Shown here: positions 26,897 through 38,036 of the stretch, piece by piece
Position numbering within the stretch: the stretch's first letter is position 1
How the letters are laid out: each line of letters starts with the position of its first letter
Source of the DNA: Chloroflexota bacterium
GTDB lineage: Bacteria > Chloroflexota > Dehalococcoidia > JACQUO01
Length of the DNA stretch: 64,000 nt
Reading direction: 5' to 3'
Assembly: GCA_016210205.1 (NCBI GenBank)
Contig: JACQUO010000007.1
Coordinates: forward strand, 8,834 to 72,833
Notes under the pieces: model-generated
What the model was told of the DNA's origin: nothing
The model's database searches: none
What the model saw: only the letters and a program-made list of their open reading frames with translations
Program-made: the position numbers and the translations under genes

Positions 26897-27980
26897 AGGC
26901 ATCCTGGTGCTGGAGGACGGCGCCGTCTTCGAGGGGCAGACCTTCGGGGCCGCCGCCCGCGCCACCGGCGAGGTGGTCTTCAACACCGCCATGACGGGCT
27001 ACCAGGAGATGCTCACCGACCCCTCCTATGCGGGGCAAATCCTGGTGCCCACCTATCCCCTCCAGGGCAACTACGGCGTCAACCCCCAGGACGGGGAGTC
27101 CCGCCGCATCCAGGTGCGGGGCTTCGTGGCGCGGGAGGAGTGCCTCCGCCCCAGCCACTGGCAGAGCACCGGCACTCTGGGCGGCTTCCTGGCCTCCCAG
27201 GGCATCCCCGGCCTGGCGGGGGTGGACACTCGTGCCCTTACCCGCCGCCTGCGCACCCGGGGCGTCATGATGGGCACTCTCACCAGCGACGAATCCGCCG
27301 AGGCGGCCTTGGCCCGCCTGCGGGCCCTGCCCGCCTACGGGTCTGCTGACTATGTGCGGGAGGTCTCCATCTCGGAGCCTTACCGCTGGCCCGCGCCTCC
27401 GGGGAACTCGGCCCGGCGCATCGCGCTCCTGGACTGCGGGGTCAAGCACAACATCATGCGCATTCTTTCGGGGTTGGGCTGCGTCGTCACCGTCGTGCCC
27501 GCCGCCACCCCCGCGGCGGAGGTGCTGTCGCTGGAGCCAGAGGGCATCGTCCTCTCCCCCGGCCCCGGCGACCCGGCGCTCCTGGGCTACGCCGTGGCCA
27601 CAGTGCGGGAGCTGGCCCAGCGCAAGCCAACTTTCGGCATCTGCCTGGGGCACCAGCTTTTGGGCCTGGCCTTCGGGGGGCGCACCTTCAAGCTGCCCTT
27701 CGGGCACCGGGGGGGCAACCACCCGGTGCGAGACCTGGCCACGGGGCGGGTGCACATCACCGCCCAGAACCACGGCTACGCCGTGGACGCCGAGTCTCTG
27801 GCGGGCACGGGGCTGGAGGTGAGCCAGGTGAACCTCAACGACGGCACCGTGGAGGGCCTGCGGCATCGAGATTTGCCCCTCATGAGCATCCAGTATCACT
27901 CGGAGGCCTCGCCGGGGCCGCTGGACAATGTCTATCTCTTCCAGCAGTTCCTGGACATGGTGCGCAATAGTGATGTATAA
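26889..27980 (+). CDS. carA: carbamoyl-phosphate synthase small (glutaminase) subunit
   Basis: 363 aa; FNTAMTGYQE, GICLGHQLL (catalytic Cys), QYHSEASPGP; TTG start. Confidence 0.9.
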   Translation: MPKGILVLEDGAVFEGQTFGAAARATGEVVFNTAMTGYQEMLTDPSYAGQILVPTYPLQGNYGVNPQDGESRRIQVRGFVAREECLRPSHWQSTGTLGGFLASQGIPGLAGVDTRALTRRLRTRGVMMGTLTSDESAEAALARLRALPAYGSADYVREVSISEPYRWPAPPGNSARRIALLDCGVKHNIMRILSGLGCVVTVVPAATPAAEVLSLEPEGIVLSPGPGDPALLGYAVATVRELAQRKPTFGICLGHQLLGLAFGGRTFKLPFGHRGGNHPVRDLATGRVHITAQNHGYAVDAESLAGTGLEVSQVNLNDGTVEGLRHRDLPLMSIQYHSEASPGPLDNVYLFQQFLDMVRNSDV

Positions 27981-28011
27981 TTCTGGTGCATATTTTTGAT
28001 GGAGGAAGTTG

Positions 28012-28209
28012 ATGCGCACCACATTGGACATCGACCCCAAACTCCTGGCGGAGGTGGCCAAGCTCACCGGGGAGAAGAGCAAGAGCAAGGCCCTGAACAA
28101 AGCCCTAGAGGATTACATCCGGCACAAGCGTATCGAAGAGCTCCGGGGCATGCTGGGCAAGGTAGACCTCATCGACAACTGGTATGAAATCCGCCACAGG
28201 GAGCGGTAG
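28012..28209 (+). CDS. vapB: type II antitoxin, VapB (DUF2191) family
   Basis: MRTTLDIDPKLLAEVAKLTGEKSKSKALNKALEDYI canonical N-terminus. Confidence 0.8.
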   Translation: MRTTLDIDPKLLAEVAKLTGEKSKSKALNKALEDYIRHKRIEELRGMLGKVDLIDNWYEIRHRER

Positions 28210-28214
28210 AGCGT

Positions 28215-28598
28215 ATGGTTCTGATTGACACCTCCGTCTGGATTCAGGCCTTCCGCTATGACGACTCTGCGGAGCGACGGGAGGTGGACTCGCTGCTGGC
28301 GCGGCGGGAAGCCGTCCTGGCGGGCGCCGTGCTGGCGGAGGTGCTTCAGGGAGCGCGGAATCAGCAGGAGTTTCAGCGTTTGCGCGACCGCCTGACGGCG
28401 CTTCCCTATCTGGAAGAGACTCAGGAGACCTGGGTGCGGGCGGGCCGGCTCTCCTACCAGCTGCGGGGGCGAGGGGTGACCGTGGGGCTGGTGGACCTGC
28501 TCATCGCCGCCCTGGCCGCCGAGCATGGCTGCGCCGTCTACACCCGGGACGAGCACCTGCCGAGCATCCCCGGCCTGGCCCTGCACGCGGCGGGCTAG
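28215..28598 (+). CDS. vapC: PIN-domain ribonuclease toxin VapC
   Basis: MVLIDTSVWI..., ...DLLIAA..., ...YTRDEH acidic PIN residues; 5 nt after vapB. Confidence 0.8.
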   Translation: MVLIDTSVWIQAFRYDDSAERREVDSLLARREAVLAGAVLAEVLQGARNQQEFQRLRDRLTALPYLEETQETWVRAGRLSYQLRGRGVTVGLVDLLIAALAAEHGCAVYTRDEHLPSIPGLALHAAG

Positions 28599-28600
28599 GG

Positions 28601-28921
28601 GTGAGGGGGGAAAAAGTGGCTACAAAGTATCCTTCCAGGAAAAAGCCGCAGGAAGAACACTTGATTAGCGAATATACGAATTGCAGGACAATTGTCGAGG
28701 CTTCGGCTGCAAGGAGTTGGCAGAGTTTTGGGATCATAGTGGGCTTTTCCCTGACTGCGCAAACCTTGTTAGTGACGCAGTTATGGCCAGCAAAGTTGAA
28801 AGAACTGTCCATATGGTTTATTGCTGTTGGCATTGGGACGCCCTTGCTCGGGGGAATTCTTACTCTGGTTTTCTTATTCTTCTTCCTACGCCGTGAGCGA
28901 TGGCGGCAGTGGGTAGCTTAA
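28601..28921 (+). CDS. AT-rich hypothetical membrane protein (2 TM); same frame as the next ORF
   Basis: 106 aa; two hydrophobic helices then RRERWRQWVA-TAA; GC about 45 percent versus high-GC flanks; alternative GTG start at 28616. Confidence 0.4.
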   Translation: MRGEKVATKYPSRKKPQEEHLISEYTNCRTIVEASAARSWQSFGIIVGFSLTAQTLLVTQLWPAKLKELSIWFIAVGIGTPLLGGILTLVFLFFFLRRERWRQWVA

Positions 28922-28927
28922 AACAGG

Positions 28928-29260
28928 ATGGCTGAGATCGAACGCCACCTCGGCCTGACGATTAACTGGGATTACAAAATGTTGGACAAATGGAAGGAAG
29001 TAAATATATACCAAGACGTTGTCAGAAGAACTGCGGATATTAGTGGCCATTGGGAATTAATTACGAGGCTGGATAGGTTGGAACAGGAAAAAGTGAGATA
29101 TATGCAACCAGACGAGCGGGAGAGGTGGGATGACTATAGTCGAGAGAAGCCTAGTCCGGGAGCATATAACTGGCAATTTATGAGAGTAGTAGTTTGGGCC
29201 ATAGTTGTGGGTTGGTTAGTCCTTGGTGTGGCCTTGTGGTTGCTCTCGCCGAGAGTATAA
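28928..29260 (+). CDS. AT-rich hypothetical protein with C-terminal TM helix; possibly the C-terminal part of a gene split by an in-frame TAA
   Basis: 110 aa; in frame with 28601..28921, separated only by TAA plus two codons; poor RBS. Confidence 0.4.
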   Translation: MAEIERHLGLTINWDYKMLDKWKEVNIYQDVVRRTADISGHWELITRLDRLEQEKVRYMQPDERERWDDYSREKPSPGAYNWQFMRVVVWAIVVGWLVLGVALWLLSPRV

Positions 29261-29806
29261 GTGAAAGGCTGCATGAATATGCCCAAGCGCCTTCTCGCCC
29301 CCAGCACCGTGCTCTACCCCGTGCCCCTGGTCATCGTGGCCTGCGGCACGCGGGAGCGACCCAATCTGCTGGCCGTCAACCGCATCGCCTCCGTGGCCGC
29401 GGAGCCGCCGCAGCTCGCCATGGCCCTGCGGCCGGGCCGCCACTCCGTGGGCCTCATCCGCGCGGGCGGCGAGTTCACCGTGAACCTGCCCACCCCGGCC
29501 CTGCTGCCCGCCATCCACCTGATTGGCACCACCACGGGGCGGGAGACGGACAAGCTGGCCCAGAGCGGCCTCACCCTGGCCCCCGCCAGCCAGGTGAAGC
29601 CGCCCATCGTGGCCCAGTGCCCCGTGAATATCGAGTGCCGCCTCACCCATACCATTGACCTGCGCTCCCACCTCCTCTTCATCGCCGAGGTGGTGGCCGT
29701 CCACGCCGAGGAGTCGGCCCTGAACGAGCGCGGCGAGATAGACTACCGCCTGGCTCGCCCCCTAGTATATGAGGCGGCCATCGTCAGGGAACGGCCCAAG
29801 GATTAA
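29261..29806 (+). CDS. flavin reductase-like (FMN-binding split-barrel) protein
   Basis: YPVPLVIVACG...NLLAVNRIASV...GGEFTVNLP pattern; start could be ATG 29279 (MPKRLL). Confidence 0.7.
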   Translation: MKGCMNMPKRLLAPSTVLYPVPLVIVACGTRERPNLLAVNRIASVAAEPPQLAMALRPGRHSVGLIRAGGEFTVNLPTPALLPAIHLIGTTTGRETDKLAQSGLTLAPASQVKPPIVAQCPVNIECRLTHTIDLRSHLLFIAEVVAVHAEESALNERGEIDYRLARPLVYEAAIVRERPKD

Positions 29807-29835
29807 AGGGAAAAGTGATAAGAATCAACTTCGAC

Positions 29836-29936
29836 CATCCCCCTCTCCCCCTTCCTGGCCAGGAAGGGGGAAGAATTAGTAATTGGGGGACACCCCCACA
29901 CCCCCGCCAAAGGGGCTTTGCCCCTCCGGACTCCCC
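29836..29936. repeat. modular GC-rich palindromic intergenic repeat (A + B)
   Basis: ccccttcctggccaggaaggggg ... ttgggggacacccccacacccccgccaaaggggctttgcccctccggactcccc. Confidence 0.85.
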
Positions 29937-29968
29937 TGTGTCAGCAACTCGTCAGGATTAGGAATGAG

Positions 29969-33340
<3,372 letters not shown>

Positions 33341-33343
33341 TTT

Positions 33344-34183
33344 GTGCTGCCCACTCCCTGGGGGGATGATGAGACTGAGTTCAGGAGGCTGTCTTTGGAA
33401 GTTATAGATGCCCGGGTCCTCTCCAGGGAGGAGCTACTGCCGGAGCTCTTCTTCATCTGGCTGGAGGCCCCCACTATCGCGCGGGAGGCCCGCCCGGGTC
33501 AGTTCCTCATGGTATCGTGCGGCGTTCACAAAGACCCCCTGCTGCGCCGGCCTCTGTGCGTCTCCCGTCTGGCCCCCATGGGGAACGGCCAGACACCTGA
33601 CCGCCTGGCCCTGCTCTTCTCGGTGCGGGGGCGCGGCTCCTTGTCCCTGGGCCAGTGCCAGACGGGGGACTGCCTGAGCATCCTGGGGCCTTTGGGCAAG
33701 CCCTTCCGACTGGAGCGGGCGTCACGTAAGGTGGTGCTGGTGGCCGGCGGCACGGGCCTCTCCCCGCTGGGCGGCCTGGCCGAGGAGGCGGTGCGCCAGG
33801 GCAAAGAGGTGACCCTGCTCCTGGGGGTGGAGAGCGCCACCAAGATGTTCCCTCCCCGGGTCATCCCCCAGGGCGTCAGGCTGGAGGTGGCCAGCATGGA
33901 CGGCTCCATGGGGCATAAGGGGCTGGTAACGGAGCTGCTGGCCGCGCACCTGGCCGGGGCGGACCAGTGCTTCGCCGTGGGGCCCCTGGGGATGTATAAG
34001 ACCCTGGCCAGAATTAGGCCGTCCCTGCCCCCAGTGCCCATTCAGATATCCCTGGAGACCCGTATGGCCTGCGGGACGGGGCTGTGCTTCGCCTGCTCCG
34101 TGCCCACGCGCCAGGGGCTGAGGCTCTCCTGCAAGGATGGGCCGGTATTTGCCCTAGACGAGGTCCTCTGGGACAGGCTTTAG
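33344..34183 (+). CDS. pyrK: dihydroorotate dehydrogenase electron-transfer subunit PyrK-like (FAD/[2Fe-2S])
   Basis: RRPLCVSR, VAGGTGLSPL, C-terminal CGTGLCFAC cluster; GTG start. Confidence 0.75.
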   Translation: MLPTPWGDDETEFRRLSLEVIDARVLSREELLPELFFIWLEAPTIAREARPGQFLMVSCGVHKDPLLRRPLCVSRLAPMGNGQTPDRLALLFSVRGRGSLSLGQCQTGDCLSILGPLGKPFRLERASRKVVLVAGGTGLSPLGGLAEEAVRQGKEVTLLLGVESATKMFPPRVIPQGVRLEVASMDGSMGHKGLVTELLAAHLAGADQCFAVGPLGMYKTLARIRPSLPPVPIQISLETRMACGTGLCFACSVPTRQGLRLSCKDGPVFALDEVLWDRL

Positions 34184-35469
34184 GGGCCCAGCAGGGGCCG
34201 CAGGCGGATGGTCTCCTCCCGCCCCGCCCCCACGGAGACGAGGCTGGCGGGGCAGCCCAATAGGGTCTCCAGTCGCCGCACATAGGCCTGGGCCTCCCGG
34301 GGCAGCTCCTGGAAGCGGCGAGCGCCCTGGGTGGAGGTCTCCCACCCCGGCAGCTCCTCATAGACAGGCTGGCATCCCTCCAGGGTTGCCAGGCTGGCGG
34401 GGAAGTGCGTTAGGGGCTTCCCTGCTGCCCGGTACTCCACGCAGACCTTCACGGAGGGCAGCACATCCAGCACATCCAGGCGGGTGAGGGCGAGGGAGGT
34501 GAAGCCGTTGATGCGAGCGGCGTAGCGGGCTGCCACGGCGTCGAACCAGCCGCAGCGGCGGGGCCGGCCCGTGGTGGTGCCGTATTCCTGGGCCCGCTCC
34601 CGGATGAGGTCGCAGGTCTCGTCCAGCAGCTCCGTGGGCATGGGGCCGCCCCCCACCCGGGTGGTGTAGGCCTTGAAGACCCCCACGATGTGCTTGAGCT
34701 GGCCCGGCCCGATGCCGCTGCCGGTGAGCACGCCCCCCACGGAGGGGGAGGAGGAGGTCACATAGGGGTAGGTACCGAAGTCGATGTCCAGCATGGCTCC
34801 TTGAGCGCCCTCTAGCAGGACCAACTCCCCCCGCTCCAGGGCTCCCTGGAGCAGGCGGTCCGTCTCCCGGATGCGGGGGGCCAGGCGTTCGCCGTAGCGG
34901 CAGCAGGTCTCATAGACCTCGGTGAAGGAGAGGGGCGGGCGTCCATAGACCCTGGTGAGGAGGATGTTCTTGGCCTCGAGAATCGGCCCCAGGCGGCGGG
35001 CGAAGCTCGCTTGGTCCAGGAGGTCGCCCACCCGCAGGCCGGTGCGGGCTACCTTGTCCATATAAGCGGGCCCGATGCCCCGGCCGGTGGTGCCGATGGC
35101 CCCGCCGCCCCGGGCCGCCTCCTCCAGGCCATCCAGGAGGATGTGGTAGGGCATGACGAGGTGGGCCCGGTCGCTGAGGTAGAGGCGCTCGGTGCTCACC
35201 CCGTGGGACTCCAGCTCTTCAATCTCCTCCAAGAGCGCCGCGGGGTCCACCACGGTGCCATTGCCGATGACGCAGGAGACCTGGGGGTGGAAGATGCCCA
35301 CGGGAATCAGGTGCAGCTTGAAGAGGCCCTGGGGATTGAGGACGGTGTGGCCGGCGTTGTTGCCCCCGGAGTAGCGCGCCACCCACTGGGCCTCCGCGGC
35401 CACCATCTCCACGATTTTCCCCTTGCCCTCGTCGCCCCACTGACCCCCGATGACGGCAATGGCGGGCAT
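34180..35469 (-). CDS. purA: adenylosuccinate synthase
   Basis: 429 aa; GGQWGDEGKGK P-loop, GNNAGHT, TTGRGIGP motifs. Confidence 0.95.
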   Translation of the reverse strand: MPAIAVIGGQWGDEGKGKIVEMVAAEAQWVARYSGGNNAGHTVLNPQGLFKLHLIPVGIFHPQVSCVIGNGTVVDPAALLEEIEELESHGVSTERLYLSDRAHLVMPYHILLDGLEEAARGGGAIGTTGRGIGPAYMDKVARTGLRVGDLLDQASFARRLGPILEAKNILLTRVYGRPPLSFTEVYETCCRYGERLAPRIRETDRLLQGALERGELVLLEGAQGAMLDIDFGTYPYVTSSSPSVGGVLTGSGIGPGQLKHIVGVFKAYTTRVGGGPMPTELLDETCDLIRERAQEYGTTTGRPRRCGWFDAVAARYAARINGFTSLALTRLDVLDVLPSVKVCVEYRAAGKPLTHFPASLATLEGCQPVYEELPGWETSTQGARRFQELPREAQAYVRRLETLLGCPASLVSVGAGREETIRLRPLLGP

Positions 35470-35554
35470 AGGCGCTCCTCGGAGTTTATAGCGGGGGTAG
35501 TTTAGCAGATGGGGGGATATTTGTGAAGGGAAAAAGTGATGAGAAAGTAGGGGC

Positions 35555-35584
35555 TGCCCTTAAATTTGCCCTATGACTTGCCCT
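35555..35584. repeat. three direct TGCCCT repeats at exact 12-bp spacing (iteron-like)
   Basis: TGCCCT at 35555, 35567 and 35579 (ctgccct taaatt tgccct atgact tgccct acgg) at the junction of the purA promoter region and the AT-rich islet. Confidence 0.6.
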
Positions 35585-35642
35585 ACGGCCCAGAAGGGGC
35601 GTTTATTCAGAAATTTGGGAATCCGTCCCCAAAGCCACCAAC

Positions 35643-36095
35643 CTACCGATGCCTCTCGGGATAAATCGGCAAAATGTAGTCTGCGGATAACACGTTAAAA
35701 GTAAGCAAGCTTTTAGTTGCATCGTATGTCATACGCCACTGATTCAATATCTCTCGGCCGAGGAGGGATGGTATATCCATGATATCTTGGCTGGGGGGGG
35801 CAATTCCAAGCTCAATATTGTATACATATAAATAGCGCTTTGGTTCTGCAAATGCAATAAACACTCGTTCGACGAAATTACGGCTTATTCCACCGATTCC
35901 AACGCTCTCGGTATCGCCGGTCAGCCTCTTGTAATCGATACCGATACGCATCCCGTCGAGAGGCATCAGGAGACTTCGGTCAGCACCAGTGTAAACGCAG
36001 AATGAAATATCGCCCCTAAGGTTGAGCCTCGGAATAACGAGACGACCTTCAAGGTAAGGTCGTCCGGTAGTATCTCCGAATCTGCCCCGCAACAC
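35643..36095 (-). CDS. retropepsin-like (clan AA) aspartic protease homologue with YTGA in place of DTGA
   Basis: 150 aa; GRPYLEGRLVIP..., ISFCVYTGADRSLL (expected hhhDTGAxxshh), IGGIS flap-like motif, SLLGREIL C-terminal motif; AT-rich. Confidence 0.55.
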   Translation of the reverse strand: MLRGRFGDTTGRPYLEGRLVIPRLNLRGDISFCVYTGADRSLLMPLDGMRIGIDYKRLTGDTESVGIGGISRNFVERVFIAFAEPKRYLYVYNIELGIAPPSQDIMDIPSLLGREILNQWRMTYDATKSLLTFNVLSADYILPIYPERHR

Positions 36096-36100
36096 GGCAG

Positions 36101-36388
36101 CTACAGAATCATTGTCCGCTCGTTCTTATCGATAAACCTCACGATGACGTGCTCCCGGGGAAGTTTCAATTTATCAACTTGGGTTATCAAGGACAGGAAA
36201 GTCCTTCCCTGTGCTCTCACCCTTCCCCGATAGACAGCAATCCACTGCTTTGAGTATCTGTCTATCATTCGTGGGTTCTTTGAAGATAAAACCCGTGCTG
36301 CTCTTCGAAAGCTCTGAAGCTCACGGTCAACTGCCGCAGGGTTACCAAGTTGCTCAAGAACAGTCTGTGTCATGGCATTGACAGCCAT
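36101..36388 (-). CDS. DUF5678-like small protein (putative partner/antitoxin-like)
   Basis: 95 aa; YSKQWIAVYRGRVRAQGRTF pattern (KWVAI-x-GKVVA-like); 5 nt upstream of the protease-like gene. Confidence 0.5.
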   Translation of the reverse strand: MAVNAMTQTVLEQLGNPAAVDRELQSFRRAARVLSSKNPRMIDRYSKQWIAVYRGRVRAQGRTFLSLITQVDKLKLPREHVIVRFIDKNERTMIL

Positions 36389-36434
36389 CTTTTTACCCCT
36401 TTTTGTTCATCCGATAAAGATATCGAGGGGTGGC

Positions 36435-36463
36435 AGACTAACACATAAGTCGCTCTCTGTCAA
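36435..36463 (-). promoter_or_regulatory. sigma-70-like promoter for the DUF5678-like/protease-like pair (TTGACA-17 nt-TAGTCT)
   Basis: Minus-strand TTGACAgagagcgacttatgtgtTAGTCT about 45 nt upstream of the ATG at 36388. Confidence 0.4.
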
Positions 36464-36508
36464 CCCTTATTCCCTTTTCCAAGGTTTCTCTCCTAAAATT
36501 ATTATAAA

Positions 36509-36706
36509 TTATTCTGGCTCCGCATTCAAATAGCGTATGACAATCTCTTCTTGCCTCTGTACCCCAGCCTCCAAGAACTCATGCAAAGATGCTCCCACTA
36601 GTATAGTTTTTTTTCTCCCGGTTCTCTTGGCAAGTTCATTAAGAGAAGCCAACAATTCTTCCGGAATTTCAACGGATAGGCCCTTCTTTACCATTAAATC
36701 ATTCAC
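36509..36706 (-). CDS. ribbon-helix-helix (CopG/Arc/MetJ-type) DNA-binding protein
   Basis: 65 aa; KGLSVEIPEELLASLNELAKRTGRKKTILVGASLHEFL = beta strand plus two helices. Confidence 0.6.
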   Translation of the reverse strand: MNDLMVKKGLSVEIPEELLASLNELAKRTGRKKTILVGASLHEFLEAGVQRQEEIVIRYLNAEPE

Positions 36707-36710
36707 CTTA

Positions 36711-36758
36711 CTAGACTAGACTGGGTTATAATTTACCAGAGAAGACTTTACTTGTCAA
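36711..36758 (-). promoter_or_regulatory. promoter (TTGACA-17 nt-TAAATT) plus tandem CTAGA repeats as candidate RHH operator
   Basis: Minus-strand TTGACAagtaaagtcttctctggTAAATT; ctagactagact at 36711..36722 lies between the predicted TSS and the start codon. Confidence 0.4.
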
Positions 36759-36882
36759 GGGTTTATATAAATTCTTGGGCCATTGTGACCATATTTCTTA
36801 TAATAAGAAAGTCTCCCCTTACCAAATTACTCATTTTTATGCGCCTCATAGGATTCGGTAAAGCTGCAGACTAAGAGAGGTT

Positions 36883-36972
<90 letters not shown>

Positions 36973-37025
36973 GCAAAGGAACAGCTATGGGGTTGGGGGC
37001 CGTAAGGTTCCTCCTGGGCCATGCC

Positions 37026-37115
<90 letters not shown>

Positions 37116-37256
37116 GCCCGCTATTCTAGCACAGGGGGGCCAGGCCGCAAAGGTGCGCCGGTGGCCCCAGCCTTGTTCCCCCTCCCTGCCTGAGATATAA
37201 TCATTGCCAGGCAGGCTTTTGTTTCCGTCGCCTGCCACCGCAAGGCGCTGAAGCCG

Positions 37257-38036
37257 ATGATAACTATTGCTATGGACCCCAATCTGCATATAGGGTCTCT
37301 AACCATCGCCTGGCACGGCCTCACCAACCTGCTGGCGGTGGCCGTGGGCATCTGGGTGCCGGCGCGCCTGGCCCGGGGCGCGGGCCTGACCTCGGAGCAA
37401 CTCTACTCCCTGGCCCTCTGGGCCGTCCCCGGGGGCATCATCGGCGCCCGTCTCACCCATGTCATCGACTCCTGGAGCGTCCTCTATGCCCGCGACTTCT
37501 GGGCCGTCTTCGCCCTGTGGAACGGCGGCCTGGGCCTCTATGGGGCCATCATTGGAGGCATTATTACGGGGGTGGCCTATGCCCGGGCCAAGGGGCTGCC
37601 CCTGGGGCGCACCGCGGACCTCTGCGCCTTCGGCCTAATTTGCGGTCAAATCGTGGGGCGCATCGGCTGCACCATCAATGGCGATGCCTTCGGCACTCCC
37701 ACGGCCCTGCCCTGGGGCCTGCTCTATACCCACCCCGATGCCTTCGCTCCCCCCGGGGTGGCCGGCCATCCCGCCCCGGTCTATGAGATGCTCTGGGACG
37801 CTCTGGTGCTGTTCGCCCTCTGGCGCTGGCGGGGGCGGCTGAAATCCCCCGGCGCTCTCTTCTTCCTCTACCTGGCCCTTTATGCCACCGGGCGATTCTT
37901 CATCACCTTCGTCAGGGGCGACCGGATTGTTCTCCTGGGGCTGCAGCAGGCCCACCTCATCTCCCTGGCCCTGCTGCTGGTGGCGGTTCCCGCTTTCACC
38001 GCCCTCTCCCGCCGGAGGCAGATGGCGGCGGCGTGA
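37257..38036 (+). CDS. lgt: prolipoprotein diacylglyceryl transferase
   Basis: 259 aa; WHGL...GGIIGARL...GRIGCTINGDAFG Lgt signature. Confidence 0.85.
   Translation: MITIAMDPNLHIGSLTIAWHGLTNLLAVAVGIWVPARLARGAGLTSEQLYSLALWAVPGGIIGARLTHVIDSWSVLYARDFWAVFALWNGGLGLYGAIIGGIITGVAYARAKGLPLGRTADLCAFGLICGQIVGRIGCTINGDAFGTPTALPWGLLYTHPDAFAPPGVAGHPAPVYEMLWDALVLFALWRWRGRLKSPGALFFLYLALYATGRFFITFVRGDRIVLLGLQQAHLISLALLLVAVPAFTALSRRRQMAAA

Noticed and set aside
35470-36882. Integrase-mediated genomic island with a tRNA-derived att direct repeat
   Set aside because: No integrase or recombinase ORF is present. I could not find a copy of the tRNA-Ser 3-prime end (GGTTCGAATCCCACCCTCTCCGCCA) at the distal end near 35.5 kb. 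Only the compositional and positional evidence remains.
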